Position numbers and translations under genes: made by a program. The notes under the pieces were generated by a model that saw only the letters and a program-made list of their open reading frames with translations, was not told the DNA's origin and ran no database searches. Shown here one piece after another: positions 55,295 through 64,000 of a stretch of 64,000 nucleotides of DNA. How positions within the stretch are numbered: position 1 is the first letter of the stretch; the number at the start of each line of letters is the position of its first letter. The stretch comes from Candidatus Bathyarchaeota archaeon (lineage in GTDB: Archaea; Thermoproteota; Bathyarchaeia; Bathyarchaeales; Bathycorpusculaceae): contig CAWABA010000006.1 of assembly GCA_963780185.1 (NCBI GenBank), positions 352,001 through 416,000 of the forward strand. The letters are read 5' to 3'.

Positions 55295-56036
55295 AAGCCC
55301 TCAACTGTCTTAGCTTGCGCCTCAGCCTGCCTGACCGTGTCCACGAGTTCACGGACCAAAGCCCGTTTCATCTCGCCTCCAACGCGGTCGCCGCCTGTGC
55401 ATGCAGCTCCACGCAAACCAGCAATGTCAGCGCCCAAACCGTAAACCACAGGTAAATCTTCTTTTCGCAGCGAACCCGCCAACGCCACCTCAAGACCAAG
55501 ACGATGGCTGGAATCGACGAATTTCTTGAGTTGCGCCTCGGATGAGGTAGCTGAAGAGGTTTTTGCCGTCTTTAATGCGCTGTATCAATCATGGCGACAT
55601 CCACATGGGCTTTAGACGCTATTTCGGGAATTTGCAGGGGGTTTAACGAGTCGATTCTTTGTGCGTCAGCGTACCCTGCGGCAGCCACCTTGATTTTGGG
55701 GTTGCATTCTTTCGCGGCTCGGTTAACGTTCTCCAAAAGGTAAACTGCTTCCTTCGCCGTTTTGAACCCGTACAACCCCACCTTAACGTAATCAACACCC
55801 AACGTTGCTGCGCCTAAAGCTGCCAGCGACACCGAGCCGGGAAGATTAGGTACATCACCCAACGCGCAGCTAACTTCAACATTCTTGGGCGCGAGTTCTT
55901 TTATCTGCTTGATAACCCATGGAAAATTGGCTCCTAACGCGCCTTCCTGCGGGTTTTTGACGTCCATTATGTCTGCGCCTCCAGCGATGGCTTCAGCGGC
56001 TTCTTTTACGTTTGCGGGGCTTATGAGCAATTTCAA
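55295..56036 (-). CDS. mfnB: (5-formylfuran-3-yl)methyl phosphate synthase, MfnB/DUF556 (frameshifts near 55570-55520)
   Basis: KLLISP...EA...GGADI.DVKNP.EG.LGANFP, GDVP..PG, YVKVG, MIDTA, ALAGSL, G.RGAAC. Confidence 0.9.
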
Positions 56037-56140
56037 CGTGGGTCATAATCAAGCGCATTAATGAAGCCTTTAAAAGTTTTGCTTGGCTACGGCTAGGTTT
56101 TTTTATTTGTTAACAATCATTTTAAGGTGGCTGAGCCAAG

Positions 56141-56874
56141 TTGAAAGTCATACCTGTAATCGACATTTTGAACGGACGTCGTGGTTCACGCGGTCAGGGG
56201 CAAAAGAAGCGAGTACCGACCCCTCCAAAGCGTCCTAGCCGATTCGTCTGACCCCGCTTAAAGTGGCGAAGCTTTCAAAACGCTTGGGTTCGACGAATTG
56301 TACATTGCCGATTTGGACGCCATCATCGATTGCTCAGAGGATTTTCACAGTCTCAAACACATCGCCGACGAAACAGGTCTCAAGTTGATGGTTGACGCCG
56401 GCGTAACATCCATGGAGCAGGGCAAAGAGTTTGCTCGGGAACGGGGTTTCGAAACTTGTGATTGGAACCGAAACGCTGCAAAACAAGAGTTTCGTCGCCG
56501 AAGCGGTGAAGGCGTTCGGAAGCGACCGTGTCATGGTCAGCTTGGATTTGAAAGGCGACAAAGTCCTTGTTAAAACGGGGTTTGACGGCTGCATAGAGCC
56601 GCTGTGTCTTCTCGGGGAGTTCGCGGAAATGGGTGTTTCGCAGGTTATCGTTTTGGATTTGACGCGGGTGGGAAGCGGCGAAGGAGTCAACGTTGATTTC
56701 TTAAGCAAAGTTCTGTGACGATTGGCTCTGAGCGTTTATGTTGGCGGCGGCGTCAGAGACGTCGCGGATTTGGTTGAGTTGAAAAATCTTGGCGTTTCAG
56801 GCGCCTTGGTGGCTTCAGCTTTGCATTCAGGAAAAATTTCCGTTGAAGAATTGGAAAAGGCAAAATTGCTTTAG
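56141..56874 (+). CDS. HisA/HisF-related TIM-barrel protein (frameshifts plus an in-frame TGA at 56716)
   Basis: MKVIPVID, VVHAVRG, LYIADLDAI, VDAG, IGTET, SLDLK, LDLTRVGS, YVGGGVR, GALVASALH. Confidence 0.8.
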
Positions 56875-57603
56875 GCGATTATTCGCGTTTTGCCAAGCAC
56901 ACGATTCCGCCGAGCTGCGTAAGGCGGTTGCCCAGCGGTTGATTCCGCGCTTATCACCCGTGTTTTAACGCCCTTGTTCGCGGCAACCTGCATGAGCCTT
57001 TGTACCCTGTATTTTTGTCGGCTTTTCGCGAGGTACTCGTCTGTGAGCATGAGGTATTCGGGTTTGGGTTTGCCTTCGCCTTGCGGGTTAAGGATGAAGT
57101 TTTCTGCTTCTTGCAGGGAGAAAAGCACCATGTTGTCGGAGGCGTTTAACCGTTTTTCGAGGATTTCAAGCAGGTTCTCGGTTTCCTGCGCGGTGGTTTC
57201 GCAAATTAAATCTTTGAAAATGCTCGTTTTCGTCAACGCGGCTACTTGCTGTGGGGAGCTTGCGGAACCCGTTATGGTTGAAATTGCGGCTTTGTTTGTG
57301 CCTTGGACAAGCCAGGTGTGGTGTGCTTTGATGTGGTTAACGAATTCCTGCCCGTAGCTGGTTCTTGTGGGCGACGCAACAATGATGCTTCTTACGCCTT
57401 CTTTGAGGGTGGGCCTCAACGCGTTCACCAAGGCTTCGTGGAAGCTGTAGAGTGGCTTTAGTGTCGTTTCTGTTTCCGTTTAAAGAAATGGTCTGCTGCT
57501 GCTTAGCCACTTGGCTGAAAATCTGCCAAAACGCGGCATGGTCACTCTCGATTCCAACTAAAACTGCGACGGGGTATCCTCTTCTGTAAGATTTCCGCGA
57601 CAT
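56871..57603 (-). CDS. Pelota/aRF1 domain 2-3-like protein (frameshifts)
   Basis: IIVASP resembles eRF1_2; C-terminal ISAES.AG.RLTQLGGIVCL (shifted frame) resembles eRF1_3; no domain 1. Confidence 0.5.
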
Positions 57604-57717
57604 TGTCTTCAGCTATTTGATTTGAGGATTACCTATTTAGGCTTCCTTTCAGCTAACTGCGTAGGCTTGAAACGACATGTTTATGAACAGCGAAAAACCG
57701 ATTTAAAATGATGAATT

Positions 57718-58078
57718 ATGATTAAAGTTGACGACCAACAAGGCTTAAACGAAGAATTAGAAAAAAACGAAAAAGTTCTTGCGTTTTTTTATGCCAACTG
57801 GTGCCCTTACTGCATGAGATTTGTCCCGGTTTTCAACAAAAAAATAGTCGGCTTCAACGCTGGCAACAGTCATTCACGTTATACTTGACGATTACAACAA
57901 CCCATTATGGGATGACTATGCTGTGGAAGCAGTTCCGACAGTCATCCTTTTCGAAAAAGGCAAAGTGACAAAGCGTCTGGATGGAAGATTCGGCGTGGGC
58001 TTAACCGAAAAACAACTTGACAATTGGCTTCAAACAACTTTAATCGATGAAGAGATGTTTGAAGAAAACAAGCCGTAA
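57718..58078 (+). CDS. Thioredoxin family protein (frameshift near 57865; absent from the ORF track)
   Basis: FYANWCPYC active site, then AVEAVPTVILFEKGK in the second frame. Confidence 0.8.
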
Positions 58079-58154
58079 AAATGAAAAATGCGGTGATTAG
58101 GCTCTCTGCTTTCAGAATACGTTATCAGAAAAAGCGACTGAAATTTTTCGAGCT

Positions 58155-58667
58155 TTATGCAGGTGGAGGCGGTGGGGGTGGCGTACCCGGGGTTGGCGAA
58201 GGCTGAGTGATGGATTGGAATGGCTGTTTTGTCTGAACGACTGTGGTGCCTGCAATGCGGTCAGTCCATTTTTGGCGTTTATCTTTGCCTGGCGTTGCGA
58301 TCGCTATGATCCAATCTAGGATAACGAGACCGTAGAATTTGCTTATGTTGCGAATTAATGCTTTGTCAAATGATACTTTTCCGCCGTTTACCGTTTGCAC
58401 TTTTAAGTCCCATGAAGCATTTTTCCTATGGATCCGCCCCAGACCACGTCGAAGATCGTGAAGTAAATTATGTAAAGCACACCTACAACAAGCCAAAAGA
58501 AGAAGATATAAAATCCGCGCATAAAACGCGCCGGTAACGATTGTTGCAACCGCAGCAATGAAAAGTAGTATGAAGGAAACTATCGATACAATAATGCTGT
58601 CAATGATGAAGGCGACTAAACGCAAAAGCCAATGGTTCCAGTCAATCTGCTCCATATTGGTTGACAT
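58155..58667 (-). CDS. RDD family membrane protein
   Basis: RLVAFIID, ALIRN, RQKWTDRIAGTTVV; Pro-rich tail; garbled middle suggests compensating frameshifts. Confidence 0.8.
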   Translation of the reverse strand: MSTNMEQIDWNHWLLRLVAFIIDSIIVSIVSFILLFIAAVATIVTGAFYARILYLLLLACCRCALHNLLHDLRRGLGRIHRKNASWDLKVQTVNGGKVSFDKALIRNISKFYGLVILDWIIAIATPGKDKRQKWTDRIAGTTVVQTKQPFQSITQPSPTPGTPPPPPPPA

Positions 58668-58756
58668 TTCTAAAGAACCTCTAACTAGACTGTTGCAGAA
58701 GCGCATTATTATCGTTTTCTATTTTCTATTTGCTCGATTAACTGCCGAAATAAGGG

Positions 58757-59433
58757 CGGGTTTAGGGTTTGAAACCTACCATGAAGCGCCATTTCCAGCC
58801 ATTTCCAGTAGCAATCGACATCGACAAACCCTATTTCCCTTAGCCACTCCAGTTGGGTTTCAACATCCAGAGGTCATGTTTGAGGGGTCTTCTGTCTGGG
58901 TCCCAGTTGCAACAATGAACTTTACATGAAGACTCTCAGTGGGGGAAGCTACGCGTTCCAAGGTTGCAGAAGACGCCTTTCGGATTTAGAAGACCAAAAA
59001 TTTCGCTGTACAACTCCCTCTTTCTCGGATGCGTCAAATGGTGAATTGCCAAACTGGAAACTACAGCGTCGAAGCAGCCAAGTTTCTTAGCGGGAAGCGG
59101 CAAACTGAAATCGTGTTTTAACACAGTTACATTTTTGTCTTCTGCAAAACGTTTTCTGGCTCGTTCAAGCATAGGGTCAGAAAAATCCAGCGCTACACCT
59201 TCAGCTTCTGGCTTCCCAGCTTAACCAGCGACAACAAGTCTACCGTCGCCTGTTCCTAAATCTAAAATGCGTTTGGTATGAAGCGGGATTTGTTCCAGCA
59301 GCACTCTTTCGCCTTCTGTCCTGTGCGGAAGCTTGTCAGCTCTTGCCAGATACGCCAGCACATGGTCGATTGTTTGCCACTCGCTTTTGGGACGTCTTCT
59401 TTTTCCAAAGTTTATCCCCGCCTTCTCATACAA
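58757..59433 (-). CDS. Class I SAM-dependent methyltransferase (frameshifts; ends approximate)
   Basis: [45 protein letters not shown]. Confidence 0.8.
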
Positions 59434-59590
59434 GCGTCAGGATATTTTTAATTTGCGTCACATACAATAAGAAATCATCGGTTCAGAGGCAAACCGCTGT
59501 TTTCAGCCTGAAATTGTTGATTCCCAAGTTAACAACACTTATATTGCGTCAGTTCCTATGAATGGGAAATATCAAGAGGGGTTTCTGTTA

Positions 59591-59932
59591 ATGGAGTTTT
59601 GCCCAACATGCGGGATTCGCCTTGAACCCAAAAAATCGGAGGGGGCAGTGGCGCTTGTCTGCTGCAAATGCGGCTTCACCAAGGCGCCTTCCAGCAATAG
59701 GGAGCAAGCGAAGGTTGTTAGGGTTATCCAACCTAAATCTCAGCCTTTCATGACCGTTATAAGCGAGGAAGAACAGAAAGTCAAAACCATGCAGACCATC
59801 CGCATGAAATGCGACAAGTGCGGAAACAACGAAGTTTTTGTCTGGCAAGTCCAAACCCGCGGCGGCGACGAAGCGTCAACACAGTTCATGCGCTGCACAA
59901 AATGCGGACACACCTTCAGAGAATACTCATAG
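59591..59932 (+). CDS. tfs: Transcription factor S (TFIIS/RPB9-like)
   Basis: FCPTCG...CCKCG and CDKCG...QTRGGDEAST...CTKCG zinc ribbons with the acidic DE hairpin. Confidence 0.9.
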   Translation: MEFCPTCGIRLEPKKSEGAVALVCCKCGFTKAPSSNREQAKVVRVIQPKSQPFMTVISEEEQKVKTMQTIRMKCDKCGNNEVFVWQVQTRGGDEASTQFMRCTKCGHTFREYS

Positions 59933-60080
59933 AAACATTTCCCTCGGCATGTACCCGAAAAACATTTCTTTGCTTAATCGTTTCTTTGTAGCCAGCTACG
60001 CACAACCACACATCTTTAAAAATAATTGTTTCGTAGAAAAAACGTGTTTTAACGTCCAAGTGTGAGCGGAGGTGAATTGT

Positions 60081-60306
60081 TTGGGTAAAATCAATCCAGG
60101 TTCAAACCGCAACGAAGATAACGACCTTGCAACAGCAACTCCTGGCATGCAAGACGTGGACATCCCCGAGCCCAAAATGCTTGAAAAAGGCAAATTCCAA
60201 TGCACTGAACTGCAGCCAAATTTTCAACTCGAAAGAAGCCTACATCAGCCACGCGTTGGCTCGACATCACTCGCCTGAAGAAGACGTAGTCCAGCCGATA
60301 ATGTAG
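60081..60306 (+). CDS. Small C2H2 zinc-finger protein (1-bp frameshift near 60210)
   Basis: Removing one base gives FQCTECSQIFNSKEAYISHALARH. Confidence 0.6.
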
Positions 60307-60366
60307 ATGCTCGGAAGCTTGCCTCATTTTTGCAAATGTTTTTTAAACGGATTTTTTCTTTGCGGC

Positions 60367-62179
60367 TTAGGTTAAGTTAATGGTTACTTTGTTGGTTGCC
60401 CCTGTGACTGTAACGGTGCCGTTTAGGTAGCTCCAGTTAGAGTTTGGAGAGGTTGTTGTGTTGCCGTCAACAGTTACTGATGCAGCTGTGCGTTCACTGC
60501 GAAGGTTTGGGTGCCGTTGCCTGAGTTGACGTTGTAGGATATGGTGGTGGAGTTGTAGCTGTTTATTGTGATGTTGGCGCCGACTGTGCTCATCGTCATG
60601 TTGGAAGTAACGCCGTTGAAAGTCAAATTGTAAAATCTAAGCAGGTCGCCTGTCTGGTTATAGCTTGCCAGCGTTATCGGGGCCTGCAAAACTTGTGATG
60701 AAGCCGCTTGACCCCAAGAAATCAGCGCCTGTGAGCTGATGGGAGGGAGAATAAGCGGTTAGGTTTGATGTGAAGCTGAATTGGTCCAGTGGGTCTGTTA
60801 GGTATAGAGGTGTTCCTCCTGACCCGCTTGCGTATGTTTCATAGGTGTAAGACGTTATGGTTGGGTGCGCTGGGTTACTCATGTTGAAAGTGTAGATTCG
60901 CGCCGTTGCTCCGCCCTGCAGGTTGTCTTCTTGTTGCCGGTTAAAGAAAATGTCCTCTCTATTTCCAGCTTTCAAGATTGTATGCGGTTCCCCCATCGGC
61001 TATGTCATGTCCGCTTAAGGTCATAAACACGTTTGAGTATTGGCTAAGCGTGTCGTTGAAGTTGGTTGCCCAAGCAATGTCTGCAGCGCTCGGGGTATAT
61101 CCGTACGTTCCCGCTCCAGTTAGAAAATTGTGGGTTGTCACAATCACGTTATCGTTAGGGGTTAATTTTAGAAGCGTCTGCATCCAATCTAGAACTGTTT
61201 CGTTAGCATCGTAAGCTATGTTGATGACCAAGAAACGGTAGTTGCCATAGCTGAAGTGAACAGCCGTGCTTGACCCATTAAAGATACTTGCAGTCCAATA
61301 AGGTTCATGCTGCATGACTGAAACGTCAAAAGCTGAGAAGCCGCTTCCGCCCAGCCAACGACCATTAGCGTTACCTGTTGGGCACTGCTTTCACCGATGA
61401 AATCATGATTTCCCGCACACCAACAGTATGGAACGCCGTTGTTGTAGAGCGTGCATCATGGCGGTGTTGGCGTTTTGCCAGCTGTGATGTTGTCAGGGGT
61501 ATTGACGATGTCGCCTGTGTGGATGACCATTGAAACATTCAGGGCGTTGGTGTTGTTCACTATCCAGCTGGTTAAGGTGTTGTATAATGCGGGGTTGGAT
61601 TCGCTTAGGAATTGTGTGTCTGTAATTTGAATCAGGCTAAAGCCGCCGTTGACTGGGCTATCCCAGTTTTCAGGGTTGACTGCAGAGAGTGAAACCTGCG
61701 TGTCCAGCTGGGTTATCGTTGATTGTTCGGTGGCAACTTGGTTTTGAAGGGTTGTTACTTGTGCTTGAGAAGCTGTTAATTCGCTTTGAAGGGATGCGAT
61801 GATGGGGTTTGAGTTGAACTTCATTTTGGAGAATGGATATTTCACTGTTGGCGGCACTTAGTTCAGAAGTGTCAGTTGTAACCTGGTTTTGAAGACCAGT
61901 GTTGACTGAATTCGCCGTTTTAACTTGTTTTTGAAGGCTCGCTATTTGAGCGTTCAATGTGCTGACTGTTGAGTTCAGGTTTCCGACCGTGGCGTTGAGG
62001 GAGTTGACGGTGGAGTTCAGGGAGTTGATCATCAAGTCTTTCGATGCCACTTGATTCTGAAGATTTTTATTGGAGTTGGAACTCTGCATAAAAACCCCAA
62101 TCAAAACAGCTGACAAAACAAGACATAAAGCTATGAAGCCTAAAGCAATCTTTTTACTTACAACCTTTTTAGTCGCCAT
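60367..62179 (-). CDS. Membrane-anchored coiled-coil + calcineurin-like metallophosphoesterase (several frameshifts)
   Basis: N-terminal TM, heptad stalk, then ITDTQ, IHTGDIV, AGNHD, TTH, SGH motifs. Confidence 0.8.
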
Positions 62180-62492
62180 TTAACGTTCTCCTCCACCAAG
62201 CCCTTTGTGGATACCTACATAAACCAACATTTCTTTTTATGTCTTGTTTAAAAACCCCCATTTCGTCGCCGGGGTTGGCGCCTCCAATGTTATCTGCTCC
62301 CGATTTTTGCAGTTTTTACGCCAACAGCAGGGGCTTTTCGGGTTAACAACCTGAAACTAGCCAAAAATGCAAAAGGTAAGACAAAGTACACATGTCTTAA
62401 ACGAAAATTAGTTTGCAACTTTTTTTCTAAGTTTGGTTAAAACAAAAATTAAGGGTTAAAAAAAGGATCTGCCGTTTTTTTCGGCTTAACTT

Positions 62493-62582
62493 TTAAGTTT
62501 GAGTTTTGCTCTTTTTCTCTTTCTTTGCTTTTCGTTTTGCGTCTCGTTCTTTTTTAGTTAAAGGTTTTTCTTTTTTCGGCAT
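62493..62582 (-). CDS. Small Lys-rich peptide (29 aa)
   Basis: MPKKEKPLTKKERDAKRKAKKEKKSKTQT*, GGAG SD. Confidence 0.5.
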   Translation of the reverse strand: MPKKEKPLTKKERDAKRKAKKEKKSKTQT

Positions 62583-62842
62583 TTGTTTATCTCCGGGTGG
62601 TACATTATACAAGTTAGCGCTTTAATAATTTTCGAAAAAAACCAGAATGTTTCAAGCAGCAAAACGAGAATCTTGCGGTTGGTAACCGATTTGGGTGTGA
62701 ATCAGAGCGGCAGATAAAGGGATTAACTTGTTTGGGTCCAGCGCAATTCTTAAAAAATTTCATTAGGTAGCCAGCAGCCTAAAATAGGGTTATCTGGATT
62801 ATAGTTGCAGCAAAAAAAATTTGACGAGGAGGCCAATTTTCA

Positions 62843-63001
62843 ATGAAAGAAAGAAAACCTAAGCTGAAATCAAGCGGGAAAAAAACCTATCAGAACACGC
62901 ATGGACAAATTTACCGTGTTACGACAAAGCCAAACTATAAAGTGATTCGAAAGAACCTGCTTAAGAACCAGCAAGCGCTAAAGGCGCAGCCTAAAGTCTA
63001 A
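62843..63001 (+). CDS. Small basic protein (52 aa)
   Basis: MKERKPKLKSSGKKTYQNTHGQIYRVTTKPNYKVIRKNLLKNQQALKAQPKV*, GAGGAGG SD. Confidence 0.5.
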   Translation: MKERKPKLKSSGKKTYQNTHGQIYRVTTKPNYKVIRKNLLKNQQALKAQPKV

Positions 63002-63061
63002 TCGGTTGTAGCCGCTAAAATTTATTTAAAAAAGGGAAAAACGCCGTTAACGTGCGTTTAA

Positions 63062-63199
63062 TTATTTTTTACCTTTTGAGTGTTTTGCTGGGAGTGAGAC
63101 TTGTTTGCGTTCTTTTCGCTTCTGGTCTTTTTCACGTTGCAGTTTCTTGTGTTGCTCTAGACCCTCAGCTTTCTTTTCTCTTCTAGACAGATTAATCAA
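63062..63199 (-). CDS. Small basic helical peptide (42-45 aa)
   Basis: (MIN)LSRREKKAEGLEQHKKLQREKDQKRKERKQVSLPAKHSKGKK*. Confidence 0.45.
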   Translation of the reverse strand: MINLSRREKKAEGLEQHKKLQREKDQKRKERKQVSLPAKHSKGKK

Positions 63200-63304
63200 C
63201 CCTTAAAAGCCCATTCGAATCGGCACTCAAAAACTTTCCTGTCATAGGTGGCTTTAAAGGTTGAGAATATGCGTTGGTTTGGGGTAAGCGGCGTGGGTTA
63301 GGCT

Positions 63305-63550
63305 TTATCCTCTGGTTTCGTAGACTACGACTGAGTCAGGTTTAATCTGCATCACCAAGTCGTGGCCTTCCACTATTTTCCGGAGGCAGCCGATATTTTC
63401 CTTCGTGATGTTTGTTTTGATATTTATGTGGTATCCATTGTACAGTGGGTACATTGCTTTCTGCGGAATCAAGGTAAACGTGCTGCCTTCCAAATTTGGG
63501 CACCTGTCAACAATTTCTCTTAGCAGGATCGCGATTTCAGCTAATTTCAT
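63305..63550 (-). CDS. Small hypothetical protein
   Basis: 81-aa ORF with globular composition. Confidence 0.55.
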   Translation of the reverse strand: MKLAEIAILLREIVDRCPNLEGSTFTLIPQKAMYPLYNGYHINIKTNITKENIGCLRKIVEGHDLVMQIKPDSVVVYETRG

Positions 63551-63660
63551 AAACGGTCGTTACTTACTACACTATCAATTAATAAAAAACTTTCAGTATT
63601 ATGCCACGAAAAAAGCATGAAAATAATAAAGAGAACGAGATTTTTCTGTTCTTTTAGGCT

Positions 63661-63789
63661 TTAATGTTTCTGGCCTTTGGCCGGAAGCTGCGCCCTCATC
63701 TGTTTCTTTTTCGCTTCTTTTTCGCGTTCTTTCCTTTTTTGTTGTTCATTCTGTGTATTTTTTGCTTTTCGTTTTGCTACACTTGGCAC
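63661..63789 (-). CDS. Small basic helical peptide (42 aa)
   Basis: GTG start after GGTGA SD: MPSVAKRKAKNTQNEQQKRKEREKEAKKKQMRAQLPAKGQKH*. Confidence 0.55.
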   Translation of the reverse strand: MPSVAKRKAKNTQNEQQKRKEREKEAKKKQMRAQLPAKGQKH

Positions 63790-64000
63790 TAAATCACCCA
63801 ATAATAAGTTAAGATAAGCATACAAGTTTAAACATTTTTCGCATCTATCGGTGTACTTGCTACAATTTTTGGACATCTACCTTTGAAGATCAACGATTTG
63901 TCTGCGCGGAGCCTCGTTTTAAAATCTGGAAGCCAACAAAATTGGCAAAATTTGCCAGAGCAAAATTGCAGGATTAAAATAAAGAAAAAAGAAAATTGTT

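Noticed and set aside
56716-56718. In-frame TGA in the HisA-like gene as selenocysteine or programmed readthrough
   Set aside because: Non-catalytic helix position with no Cys context, in a region full of sequence errors; most likely a miscall or nonsense change.
1-64000. CRISPR arrays, rRNA, IS/transposases, SRP or RNase P RNA, and the many antisense or nested ORFs in the track
   Set aside because: No spaced repeat arrays or recognisable signatures were seen by eye. The nested ORFs are shadows of better-supported genes or frameshift fragments. A covariance-model scan was not possible.

Overview
Archaeal chromosomal segment, most consistent with a Bathyarchaeia/TACK-type genome. The evidence is an eL38-like ribosomal protein, a Cren7-like chromatin protein, transcription factor S, Tsr3, archaeal class III signal-peptide pilins, GGTGA/GGAGG Shine-Dalgarno sites and methanofuran genes; the taxonomy is inference, not a search result. 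From left to right: (1) an AT-rich methyltransferase / DUF362 / B12-radical SAM trio and a large GT-C-like membrane protein; (2) a ~10 kb type IV pilus locus with two tandem major pilins, a degenerate third pilin fragment, several minor pilins, ATPase, TadC/PilC-type platform and a propeller-like adhesin, followed by a TrmB regulator; (3) mtnP-apt, macrodomain, LysE and a methyltransferase; (4) an isolated HTH + intact terminase-large-subunit module with no other phage genes; (5) tsr3, nnr, pncA, yjbQ; (6) a ~3 kb gene-poor interval; (7) Hjc-like nuclease, ABC exporter, Mrr-like nuclease, rpl38e, tRNA-Val(CAC), tRNA-Phe(GAA); (8) a lectin with a PEF-type sorting tail, a hyaluronan/chitin-synthase-like GT2 plus polysaccharide deacetylase, and an MMPL transporter; (9) a compact mfnB-A-D-F-E methanofuran cluster with a divergent HisA/F-like gene; (10) TFS, a secreted metallophosphoesterase, and four unannotated very small Lys/Arg-rich ORFs. 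Many conserved genes are broken by 1-bp frameshifts, often at homopolymers and densest at 46-62 kb, which most likely reflects long-read consensus error. All family assignments come from motif recognition by eye.
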